This document shows positions 10,701 to 22,602 of a DNA stretch of 64,000 bases, in pieces (within the stretch, counting starts at the first letter, position 1; each line of letters opens with the position of its first letter). This DNA is from Klebsormidium nitens. Lineage: Eukaryota; Plantae; Klebsormidiophyceae. The position numbers were made by a program, and so were the translations under genes. The notes beneath the pieces are model-generated. The model saw only the letters and a list, made by a program, of their open reading frames with translations. It was not told the origin of the DNA and searched no databases. The stretch lies in the NCBI GenBank assembly GCA_000708835.1, contig DF237383.1, positions 14,290 through 78,289 of the forward strand. Direction: 5' to 3'.

Positions 10701-13700
10701 GTGCCCGTGATCTCGTCTACCAGGAGCGTCTTCTCACCGACCTCCAGTGCCTCGATGATGTTGGTCGCCTGCCAGGAGAACATAAGCGATGCTAGACGGA
10801 TAAGGGATGGACGGAAAGGGAAAATGTAATCCTGTCTGCATGTGCCTTCGTCCACTAGGGGCGTCTCCGGACCGACCTCCAGCGCCTCGATGACATTCGT
10901 CGCCTGGCGAGAGACCATAGGCGATGGATAGAGGCATAAGACATGGGCAGCTGGGAAGCCAAATTGGCTGCGCATGAGTTTCCGCTCCACCAGGACCGTC
11001 TTTACAACGACCTTCAGCCCTACCCCCTCGATGTTGTTCGTCGCGGACTCGAAAGGGGTGAGCAGAAGCAACTGCTGCTAAAGTTGCCCGTGTCCTTGTG
11101 TGGACCCCAAACCGAGTGAATAGGAAAGCATAGAAAGTCATTTCTTTGAACCTTGAGCCACGAAAAGAGTTGAGCATAGCATCCTATCCTGCGCACCTGG
11201 CTAGTGCTCCCGCTCGCGTCCGGCGTCCGAAAGCACGTCGTGTCGCGTCCGAAGGGCAGGTTCGAAATGAACGGCGAGATATCCACGCCCTCCACGTGGC
11301 GCCCATCCTCTGCGCGCACCTTGACAGCCGTCGGATCGGTCGCCACCAGCTCCCGCCCGTCGCCCGGGATGTGGTTATATACGCCGGCCTCAATCGCCTG
11401 CGACGTTTTGTGGGTTTCAGAGTGACGAAATGCAAGTTCAGGAGTGCGTTAGTAGGGTTCGCCCGGCGCATTACCACGCGCTTCGATCGCCCACAATCTA
11501 GCGTGAGGTTTGAGGTTTGAGGTTTCCTTAGTAGGGTTCGAGCCTGTTGATCGGAAGGTGGTTACATACGTCTGCCTCGATCGCGTTTAGCGCGAGAAAC
11601 AGTGGGCCTTAGAGTGCGTTCGCGAGATTCGTCCGTTGGCCGGAACGTGCTCGTTCACCGAGCTTCATTCGCCTGCGTTTGACAACAGTCGGTTAAGCTA
11701 CCGCTTGCAGTGTTTGTTCGACTACGAGAGCGGTTGTCGCAATTCCAGAGCGGTCGTAAACCCTTTGCGAAGGAGTCTGTGTCTCATGAGACTTGCGAAG
11801 GGAAGTCTGTTTCGCCCGCTGGTCCCTCAATTCTGACGGCGGCCCTTGCATCAAAGCCCTCAGCTACAAAATAGAGAAAGAATGACACGGAACAACGAAA
11901 AATCATTAATATAGGAACAGAGAGGACAAGCAAAGGAAAGGACGCATCCAACACGGGCGGAGAGTCACCTCCAGCAGCGTCGACTTCCCGTGGAAGCCTC
12001 CGCCCACGATCAAAGTGACCCCCTTCTTGATCGCCATCCCCGTAATTGGCCCCCTGTTAGGCAGGGTAAATTTCATGGCTAGGCTTGGGGGCGACTTGAA
12101 AGGGATTGCCTCTCGGGCGTCCATCGGCTCCTCGGAGTCCCCACTTTTGCGGGGGAGGATCGATCCGTCGCCCACGAAAGCGACGAACCCGCCGCGAGCA
12201 AGGCCCTGCACAAGTAGAGAGTACGGCTTTCAGTCCATCCTTCTGCATATCTCCTACGCTCCAGATCTTACGATCGAGATTAACGAGTGTCTAGAACTTG
12301 TGGTTGTAACACCAGATTTCGGGTCCGACATGCTGAATACAAAGCGCGATCAACCATGAAGTGCGTTGACAGCCGAGACACAGGCCCATCGGCTATTTGG
12401 ATCGGCAAAGAAGGGGCTTGAGGATTGGCTATCTTCGAAATCAGGCAGCTTTTGTAATTCTTTCCTCTTTGCTGAGCTGTTCCTCCCCTCGCGTTTCTGA
12501 ACGGTTGTGACGTCCACTGCAGATTGAGTAAGACAAAAGCGGACCTAATACCAACCACGATTACACTGCAATGTATGAAATGCGCAAAAAAGAACCGTGT
12601 AGAAAAGACAAGCTGGACATACGACGGTAAGTTAGTCCCTGCGTCGCTCTCTCACCACATTTTTCAGGCAGATGGCCAATCAGATTCGCCCGTTCGCAAG
12701 AGAACGGCCTTGGTTTCAAAGCTAAAATGATGATGTTTTCCGTCAATCCGTAACTCACCTGTCTCAGCGTTTCGGTGTCTTCGACTGTCTCCACGTGTCG
12801 CCTCAGCCCCGCCTCATCCTGCCGGTCCATGAACAGGGCCTCCCGCACAAACCTGAGGAAACGTCAGTCCAGAGTCAGGGTGACGTCATCAACGCGAGCT
12901 CCGTGCTTTGGCCTCCGTCTAAACGGCTGGCCCCTTCACTGATCCCGCTTGTTCTTATTTCGTCTTGTCGCATGAACAAACATGATTCCTTCCTGGAGAA
13001 TCGGCGACCATCGAATTTTGAATCAGGATGATGTCCCACTATGAGTAACAGCAATCCCGCGCCGCTATTCCCCTCAAGAAAACTGCAGCTCTCCCGTCTG
13101 GCCACCGGGCTTGTAATCAACCCATTTGGTGAGGATCTTTTGCAGCCTATATCAATTGTGATTTACACTAGTTAGTCCTACAAGACTCTGAAGCTCAACC
13201 TTTGTCCTGAGGTACGTCTTGGAAAAGCAAACTCTCGTCATATTCCCTAAAAACGAGCTCACTTTGGCAATTGCTGAGTCAGCACCTGGGCCGCCCACTG
13301 CCCGAGGACCGTCCGGCCTTGCGCCGGAAGCGCAACCGTGAAGCGCGCCTCGACGTTCTGAGGATTGATGAGAATACTCGTGCGCTCCAAAACCTGGTGG
13401 CATGAGAGTAGAGCCGTCGAAATCTAGAATTTTGCGATGTAAGAGTCTGGGGGTCTTTGTAGAAGCTAGAAATTCAGAGTGGTAATTGTCAGATAGTCAA
13501 AGAAGGAAAACGGCCATTTTCTCGCCAAAGGACTACAAAAGTGATTGCCAGATTGAAACGGTTGTCGACCAGACATCTTCCTTTTGGAAAGTGAACGTGA
13601 AGGACCTGAAACTCGCATGTTCGTTTTCATGCGAACATGCGACTTTCAGGTCTCATGTTCATATGTTCGCACCACATTTGTGTGGATGAAACAAGGAAAT

Positions 13701-14695
13701 ATTAGCCCAACCTTTTGTCCAGGAACATCGATGGCCATCTCGCCTCCCTTTGCGGCTCCCCAGCCGCCACCGCTCTGCTTCCTGATGTCAGCGCCGGCGT
13801 CGCTGACAACGGCGGAGAAGTTGCGGGTGAGGTAGTCGCAGAGAGCAATGTTGCGGATGCGAGTGGAGAAGAGTTCAGGGGGGAAACGGGCAAGGGCCTG
13901 CTTAACCTGGAAACGAGAATGGGCGCATCTTCAGATTGGTCTGGTACTTTTCCTCGTGCAAGCAAGTCAGAGATGCATTCATGCTGAGAATGTCTCCGAT
14001 TTAAACTTGGTGACTGGGACTTTGTAACGCTAACAAACTTGTGAATATTGCACTGGTCTTGGCGTGAGTGGCAGTTCAAACCCGACCATGGTACAGGGGA
14101 GTCAAACGGCAACTTTGAAATGGTGGAACACTGGACGCCCAAAGTCTTCTACGTTCAGGGACAGAGAAGTGCTCGATGACTTGTGTGAAGGTGTAAACGA
14201 CCGACTCACTTGAACGCGGCATCTCGAAGGGCCTGCAAAGGGGTCCGCCTGCGCATGGTCTACAAGCAGCGTAAACTCTGGAAATTCCCACCGCCCCACT
14301 ATGTCCTTATAAGCGCCGTAGCCCTTCCCGTCAATCCTCTGCAGAGTCTGCATTAAATCTGCTACACTCCCCGACGCATTCCCTTGGTAGCTGCCGCTCC
14401 GCTCTTCCCACCCCCCAGCATTGTCAGTCTGACTCTGACCCCCAATATAGTCTGCCGCCCCCTCATCGCTGCGCCCTCTCCCCCGTCCACGTCCTCCCCC
14501 ATATTTGGCCTTGTAATACGCCCCCCTCCCCGACATTGACATGGTGCGAATAACTGTCAGCCACCGCCTGTCTGATGAAAAGGGTGGTGTGAACAGGGGT
14601 GTCGCTGGGAACCTTTTGTGTGGGAGCCTGTGGACCAAGTGGAAGGCAGGTGAGAATGCTGATGTCCTGCGGCAGGTTGCCAATGCTGCTTGCAT
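7749..14695 (-). CDS. Predicted ABC-class ATPase (PF09818 / MRB1590-like) with transit peptide and RG/RGG segment; about 12 exons
   Basis: Family motifs in order: IDGKGYGAYKD, DHAQADPFAGPSR, VLERTS, FVGDGSILPRKSG, Walker A GGGFHGKST, YNHIPGDGRE, AEDGR, ASGSTSQ, Walker B LLVDED, KEPITPF, MGGSGDYFDVADTV and the C-terminal ARPRVFEIAAALNRLR. Exons are bounded by GT-AG. Confidence 0.9.
10340..11075 (-). repeat. Intronic tandem array: five degenerate copies of 3' splice site + start of the Walker-B exon, plus the real exon
   Basis: Unit exon-starts at 11044, 10903, 10768, 10633, 10528 and the real exon at 10398 (spacing 141, 135, 135, 105, 130 nt). Copies encode variants of ATNIIEALEVGAKTLLVDEDT. 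Confidence 0.9.
11397..11620 (-). repeat. Two degenerate intronic copies of the start of the preceding ATPase exon (AIEAGVYNH...)
   Basis: Copies start at 11584 and 11490, real exon at 11397 (about 93-nt period). GAACCCTACTAA occurs twice. (TGAGGTT)3 lies between the units. Confidence 0.7.
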
Positions 14696-15177
14696 AAAGC
14701 GCAAAGGATAGCAGGGTGGATCCAAGGGGGGCAACTAATAGACGATGCCGTAAGTATCGCCTAAAAGATTGCAGAGAAAGAGTGATCCGGCCCCTCAGTG
14801 CTCACAAGCTCAGACGAGCACCTAAAACTCCAATCTGCCCGCCTTTCTTCCACTGCCAGAGCTCTGCACAGTTCTGCATTGAGTGGAACGTGGATCAGCA
14901 CTCTGCAAAAGATAAGTTGGGTTGGTTGTAACCATGTGATCTTATATAGGGGTACGTTTTTTAACCCAAGTTTACCAGACTACCCGGAGGTCATCCGCCT
15001 TACAAGTTACATAACCCACTGCTGTTCCAAACTTGGTCAAGATTTTGTCGAGCTGCACAAAACCCCTTCAGGAGTTCGAAATGCATCTGCCAGTGGCAGT
15101 GGTGTTGTTGACATCAACGTGAACGAACAGCGCCTGCAGGAAGGTTGGAGGATGCTGCATTTCCTCTAGAAGCAGTC

Positions 15178-18100
15178 ATGGCGTTGGCAAGAGCCGCTGA
15201 TGTGAGTTGCAGGGTCCAATGCAGCAATTGTCACAGCTTTTCGAGGACCAGAGAGGACGTCTCTTCTTCATTGTCTCGGAAGGCACCCGCGTTGCAAACA
15301 CGTCGTCCGACAGGAGGCTTTGCAAAAGAAAAGTGGAATTGTCGACAAAGATGTTTCGGAAACTTCCAAGTGCTCAACGCAGGATCATCGACTCTGGGGT
15401 TGAGTGCACTTTTGAGACGTCTTGAAGGAACAAGCAACGGAAGGTTGCCTAGAGGAAGGTCGAGCAGACGGCTTGTGAAGGTTCAATGCAGTGGCGGGAA
15501 GGAAGAGGAAAAAAAGACAAATGTGGAAGACAATGGTGGGAAAGGGGTGGCGACAATCACTGAAGAGAAAGAACCAAAGGCGGTGAGTTGCCCTTTTACT
15601 CAAACTGTAGAATGATGTATGGTCATTCTCGGATTATGAGAACTCTATGACATATTAGAGGTACATGCCAACAAGATTGTGATGCTCGGTGTGTGCAGTA
15701 CGTACATAATCCTTGAAGGTAGTGGCTTGTGCTGGCTGAGGCTCCACTCCAAAAGTCTCCCCTTATATCGATGCTCTTGCATCAGTCGCTGGTCATGGGT
15801 TCATTCTTTTTGACTTTCAAGGATGTAGTTCGCCTTCCTACTATATCGCTCTCGGTATTCCCATTCTGTGGGTGCCAATCGCCCCTTCCAGGATCAACTT
15901 TCATACGGACAGAAGATCTCAAGCAACAACTCTCAGTGCAGCAGAGCTAGAAAGAATTGCCAAATGCACATTTGGCTCAATTTCATTCCCCAGGACGAGA
16001 AGAGCAGCGCCACCGATTCAAGCCTACAAACAGACGCAAGCAAGGAGAGTAAAGCGAGCAAGGAGGCCACGACCACTAGTGATGCTGAAAAGGGCAAAGA
16101 GAAGGAGCCGCTCTCTTTGCAAGATGCGATTCGGCTGGACGCGTTCAACGTCTTAGAGCTGCTGGGGCCAGAGAAGGTGTATCCAAAGGATGTCAAGCTG
16201 CTCAAAGAAAAGGTTAGTGTCTCTTGATACATAGAGTGACCTTGTCAAGCTGCCGGGAAAAGTAGTGTCAATCATCTCAGAGAGAGGGAGATATGCGTCC
16301 ATATGAGTCGGACAGGTGATGGCAAGGTGTGTTTGTCAATTCAGGATCCACTTACGCTGGTCTTAGTATGGTCCTCATGGAATTGAATCAACCCCTGGAG
16401 CATTTGTGATCAGGCTACGGCCTGATGATGTCCAATCTATCGAACCTATACTTCCAGTTTTCCTGCATCGTGCAGGCGTCCACGATTTCTTGAATCGTCT
16501 TTATGCTTCATCCAATCCTTGCATCAATCTCAGAACCATGTCTAAGACCCTCAGTCCTGCTGTAATTTTGCTGACGGCTTGAAGGATTCCCCTCTCAGGT
16601 CTTTGGTTACACCACCTTTTGGGTGACCAAGACGGAACCGACCGGCGAATTTGGCGAAGGAACCGTCTTCATTGGAAACCTGCGCGGAGAAAGGAGCCAG
16701 GTGTATGCGAAGCTGAGGGCGGGGGTGCAAGAACTGTTTGGTTCCGAGAAGTACGATCTGTTTATGGTCGAAGAGGAGGACGCAGAGGGGGAGGATGCGA
16801 GGGGAGGGCCGCGCGTCAGCTTCAAGTTGTTCCGAAAGGAGGTGAGGGCAACCCGGACGGAGGGCTGACACCTGAGGACTCCGGATTTTGTTTGGAGTTG
16901 TGGTTCCTCGCACAATTTCTTCGACTTGTAGAAGAAGGATGAGTGGTGTGTACGAACATGAAGGACAGAGGCAGTAGCACAACACTTGAGATCTGCTCAA
17001 GTGCTAGTAGCGTTCCGAAAAGTTGTATACTACAATCGGGTTTTGCTAATATGTGTAACTCGAAGGTCGGAAACGACAGGCAGACTTTTAAGGGGTGGGT
17101 TCCACTCATGGCGACTGGCAGCTGGGCTCGTATTCACGAGACCGGAAGCTGTCAGGACCTGTGAAACTCCGCTTCTGCCGCATCACCAGACAAGCGAGCC
17201 TTGCCAGCCAAAAAGCACATTTCTAATCACGAGTGCATTCACACCGCGTAGGTCAACGCGCCTGCCCCTACCAGCGTTTGGCAGTACCTTGTGGCGGCGG
17301 TGTTGCTTATTCTGACGGGGGGGGCGTGCTTAGAGGTTGGGTTGGCCAGCCAGGTAAGCCTCTTTCTCGCAAAGATGCCCCGTTGCTAGTTTCCTTCTGT
17401 CGCTAATGGATGTTGACCATATGGTCGTGTTCAAAACCAAACTCTTTGAGCAACTTCAGCTTTGCTGTGTCAAACTTGAAAGTCAGCTTCGACTCCCTGA
17501 AAGACTTGAAATATGTTGTTTGAACACCGTCATTCCGTCAAAACCTATCGCTGCACCGACGCTTGTGAACAGTCGCTGAGGAGATTTCAAGGCGTCACAT
17601 GCGTATGCTTCTTGAACGAAAGGTCGGCACGCTCGGCATGGACGCCGCAGACACCCCCGCGATCCTCAGCAGAGCACGCAAAGCGCTGACTTTCGCAGAT
17701 ATTCTCGATATCATGTCCAGCAGAGCCTTTCCGCTAAACATCGCGTTTAGGGACAGTAACGAAATTTGAAACCTAAACCGTAAATCGTATGTTTCATGCC
17801 CGTATCCACCCTAAACCTCAAACCGGCCCTACCCTTTCCCCTGGCAGTTCGGTTTATCGAGATAGCCTCTTGTCAACGTTAATCCGAGAGAAATACTTTT
17901 GCAGGTGTCCCGGCTACCGCCCGAGGTCGTTGCTTACTTTTCCAACCCGGACGTCGATGTCGGCAACCCCCCGGAGTTGGAGCAACTGCTGCCCTTCGTG
18001 GAGTCGGCCCTCCCGCTTGCGTACGGCGTCTTTGGAGTGCAAGCCTTCCACGTGAGCACCGTTCTCTCGGCCCTTTCCAAGCAGCACGTTTAATGGGAAG

Positions 18101-21100
18101 CAGCTAAGAAGATGACTCTGGTGTGGAAGGCGTGGCTGCAGGCAAAGTTGGAAACTCTTAGAACACCTGCTGTGCCGTATCTGATGGAGTGGTTTTATCC
18201 AGAGGATTTTGGATCAAAGCCCCGGTTAATGATCACAAACCTTGTTTCACAGCGACAGCGGGGGGCTTTGATTATAGCCTTTGCGCAAGCTTGCCAACAA
18301 GTCCGGCGTGATATGACGTCTATTCGTCAATTGTGGCTTTCCTATGCTAGCCCCTGCCTGTCTGCAATCCTGAGAGGTCTGAGCTCCCTAAACCATCTGC
18401 CGATGGGGCTGCAGACGTTGTAGTGATACAATCCCCCTCACATGAATCGATCCCTTGAACTACTTCCAGAACGCCCCTGGGAACTTTTTCAGCAGTTTCC
18501 CCGCCGGAGCCCCTTGAAAATGCAAAATCATAGCTCGTTTCGAGTACTCTTAAAACACTAGAACAACAACCGGAAGTAACACGATCTTCCATTCCGCAGG
18601 AGGTCGGCCATTGGCTAGCGGCGTCAGCCAAGAAGGTCAAGCTCAGCATTCCCTTCCTGATACCCAGCCCCACGCTCGGCAGCTTTGGCGCCGTCACGCA
18701 GGCAAGTGGATCAACCGCAATGCTTTTGGCGGAAGCTGTTCCTTCACGTTTCGATGTCCCCTTTCGTATTCTCTTCGCTGGGGAGCCCCATACGACCGGC
18801 GTCCTTATGTCATGCACTGACGGCTTATTGCAGACACCGTGTGGACACCTCTGCTTTCAATGTTGTTCCGCTTCCGACTTGCCCTGCAATGGCCTGGGGG
18901 GCCTGCATGCTATCTTATTGCACATTCGGTCAAACCTGGCCGCCTGACCCGAGTCCGATTCCAGCCGATCGCAGAAAACTTGAAAAGCGCAAAACTTGAA
19001 CCCTTCGATCACCGGGATGCTACGATCGAACGGCCCAAGGTTCTGCCGGTTCGACCGAATTGTGCAATCGGTTCCGATCGAACTTCGGTCAGGCGGCCAG
19101 GTTTGACCGAATGTGCAATAGCTGACCATTTTGGAAAGTTCCCAACTTTGCCATCCCCATTAGCTTTCTCATCCGGATGCATCAGTGCGTGTCAGGTACG
19201 ACGAGCACACTTAACTCCGAAGTGGACGAAAAGAGTACAGCAGTTCTGCATTTCCAGATTATATTGTCGACCCGAACCACGGCCCTGCGCATTGCCCGAA
19301 AAGATTTGACGAGACGGACACAAAGAGGCATGACTTTGCACCGCCAGTTTCGATTTCGTAATGTACGCGTTGGATCACGTTGATTTCCACGGCCTCAAGT
19401 GCTAGTTTCTTAAACGACACCCCAAAAGGGACGTCGCAAAGTGTCTGGATCCAAACCGAGAGGAAAAGTTAAGGCGAATTGAACGTTCCCTCTCTCGCAC
19501 TTCGAGTCCTAAGTGCCGTCGAAATGCTGCCGGTATAAAGCAAACGGAAAGAAAAGCTTACCCACTTCTACTCCCTCGCGCAGTTCAAGTCCCTCGTTCC
19601 TGACCGGACGTCCAAGTTCGACATTGCGGTGTCCGGTCCTCTGGCGGGCGCCCTCTTCTCCCTTTCCCTGGTCGCTCTCGGCCTGACGCTCTCCGATCCG
19701 GCCAGCCCCGACCTGGTGCAAGTTCCCGCGCAGCTCTTTGAGGGGTCGCTTCTGCTCGGGCTCATCTCCCGGGCGGCCCTCGGGTTCGAGTGAGTCTGAT
19801 GCGCACCGACGTCCTTGCCGCTATGGTTGCTGGTTCGAGATCGCGAAGTGTTGAGCTTCGACCCAGGGACCTAGGAGGATCTGGTGCAATGCTTGGCGAG
19901 GGATCCCCTTCTTCTCGAGCCTGTGCCCCCAGCACTTTGTTGCTTTTCCGCAATTCGAAGGTTCGCTGCTAACCGGGCTCAATACTTGGGCTGTCAATCT
20001 GGATCACGGTCTGCGGCGACTGGTTTTGCTTCATGTCCGCGACACTGTGCTCAGAACGGGGGCAAATCTTTGAGGAGTCGCACGGGACGGCAGAGGCGCG
20101 AGCTAGAGGCACCACAAGCAACTGCTTCGGACGTTTGTCGAACCGCTTGTGCACATCTCTCTTGTTCGTTTCAACGCTGCATTTGGCCCGCACACAAACT
20201 CACGAAACAAGTCACTTGCTGCTCGTTTCATCGTCAAACTGGTTCTGTCGATAAAGCTGGTGCGGCTTTTCACACCCGTCGCTCTGCCCTGCAGAGCAAT
20301 GCACCGGGCGAACGTGTCAATACACCCGCTCGTGATTGCCGGCTGGTGTGGTTTCACCACCCAAGTGTTCAATATGCTGCCGGCCGGACGGATAGACGGG
20401 GGTCGAGCTGTGCAGGTAAACGACCGAGCTACAAAGGTCCTATCTTCGCACACAAGGGTCTGTGCTTGGCATCAGTTGTGAACGGTCTGGTTGGGAAGTG
20501 TCTGAATGACTCAGGGACGCTGATGTTTGCCAGCGCTGCCAGAGGAGGTTGCATGGATGTGACCATTCTAAAGGGCCCTGCTCGTTTGCAAGGACGAGAT
20601 CCCTATTTCTACCCGCTATAGTCTTTTTTGTAATGCCCACCGCTTGCCCTGTCAGGGCAAGTCTGTATCGTCAAACCTGGGAAGAATGACGGGATAAAAT
20701 CCCGTCTGAACCACAGCGCGTGCTTTTCCGCAGGCGGCCTTTGGGAAAGGGACGCTTGCGGTAACTAGTGTGGTGACATACCTGCTGCTGGGGCTGGGGC
20801 TGTTGGGCGGGGACTTGGCGCTGTCGTTCGGGCTGTATATACTCATTGTACAGGTGAGAAGATGACCATGGTGGAAATGTGCTGTGCCAAAAATCTGTGC
20901 CAAAAATCTCCTGCATAGCATTGAAGTCCTTGTTCCAGGACTACGGAACGTTCTAGAGTTGCCCGGCCGAGCTATTGTGCATATGCGTAGGAGAGGGGAA
21001 GGAGATCGAGGAGTTTTGCGCATGTCTTCCGCATCTGCAAGAAAGAATGATTACTTTTGGTGGCCCTTTCCGACGGCGGTTGATCATTCGATAGAGCTGG

Positions 21101-21466
21101 TATTCTTGTCGTTCGACATAGCGTTCGACATGGCAGCTCGTGACTGCTCCGCAGCTTAGCTTGATTGTGTCTCAGCATGCGGGGCTCTGACTCTGGTTGC
21201 GACATCAGCAGATACCTCCTGAAGCTTGAAGCCAAAGCTTTGGGACGGGTTGTGCAGATTGCTAGCTTTCCTTTCGCCGCTCATCTCATTTCACTCACAT
21301 GCAGCGACGAGCGGAGAAGCCTTGCTTGGATGATGTAACAGACGTTGGAAAGGTACGACGAGGGCTCCATTTAGCCGCTCTAGCAGTGTGTCTCGTCACG
21401 TTGCTCCCGGTCTTCCCACAGATGGCAGAGGACCTCGGCATAGGTATCAATCACATGGTTATGTGA
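15178..21466 (+). CDS. EGY1: EGY1-like plastid membrane zinc metalloprotease (peptidase M50 / S2P); about 9 exons
   Basis: VFGYTTFWVTK...GEGTVFIGNLRG...GGPRVSF, VSRLPPEVVAYF, HEVGH zinc motif split by an intron, KLSIPF.IP..TLGSFGA.TQ|FKS, NMLPAGRIDGGRA, EKPCLDDVT. N-terminal transit-peptide-like region. One GC-AG intron (18702-19583). Confidence 0.93.
18916..19120. mobile_element. Foldback/MITE-like element in an EGY1 intron
   Basis: Perfect 34-bp inverted repeat (18916-18949 versus 19087-19120, TATTGCACATTCGGTCAAACCTGGCCGCCTGACC), with weaker pairing further inward. The terminal TA could be a TSD. Confidence 0.55.
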
Positions 21467-22602
21467 TAATTCCTGAGGTCAAGAGCCTCTATTCGAAACT
21501 GGCAGTACGCGGGTTGCGCCCATGTTGTTTCAGATTTGCAATTGCGGATGTGTTATGGTGAGGATTCCAAGCCTGCGGGCGTACATCGATGGGCCCCAAC
21601 ATTGAGCACATGCATCCAACCGTTATGTTGATGGGGTTGAGTCAATACTAGTTGACTTAGAATAAGTAAGAGGGTTTCAGGGCAATCATGCAGAAAATTT
21701 CCGACTTGGATGCCGCCCCGGGCCTACCGTACATCACTACCGTAAGATACTGGTAAGATTTGAGCATCATTCACAGCAGCTTGGACTTTTGTAAGGGCTG
21801 CACACGAGCTTGCCGACATGCAATTGACACATGGTATGCCTATGATTATCACATGTCAGGAATCCGAAGCTGGGCGGCAGCAAGTGACGATGCGTATAAC
21901 TTATCGAATCACTTAGCCGCGTGGATGCAATTAGTTTAGAGCTGCCGCCCATGTTGCTCGATCGAGATGACAATGATCTGGCCGCCGCCGCAGCTGGCAA
22001 AATTTACGTACAAACTTTAAGCGTCTATATTTGTTTCAATGGCTTGATCATAATCAGTGCGCAGCTACCGTGTTATGAAATCTTGTATAAGACGCGACCA
22101 TGCGTATATAACATATAGCTAATGTGCATTGCATATACTATATCTTCAGAGCTGCAATTTGCATGGCGGCAGCGGCGTGGCGAACCCGCGCATTTGAGTC
22201 TGGGTTCTATTTTGATGGGTGCAGAACCTTTCTAAACCTGTCAACCGAATCGATCTCGTGTATTGTCAAAGCGAGCCATGGGTACGGGGCCCCAATGAGG
22301 TTTCAAGGAGTAAGCGCATTGTTTCAAAAAACTGCTTTGGTCATGAGGCTTCGTCCTGACAACATGCCAAGGGTTGGAAGAACAGTTCAACCGTTCACTT
22401 GACATCAAAGTGAAACGCTTTCTCAAGGGGCAAGTATACAAGGCAGCTGGATTGCCACCAGAACATGTAGGATACATTGAACAATGTCAAGGCAACCAAA
22501 CCTAACCAGGGTTCTGGAAGATTACAAGGCTTGAACGATCCTAAATTAGCTGGAAGGCTGAGAATAGCCCCGTGACAGATCGATACTTCCAACGAAACGT
22601 TT

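Noticed and set aside
10340-11075. CRISPR-like or mutually exclusive exon interpretation of the repeat array
   Set aside because: Eukaryotic intron; the units are degenerate exon copies without unique spacers or cas genes. No 5' donor follows the copies, so they are not cassette exons.
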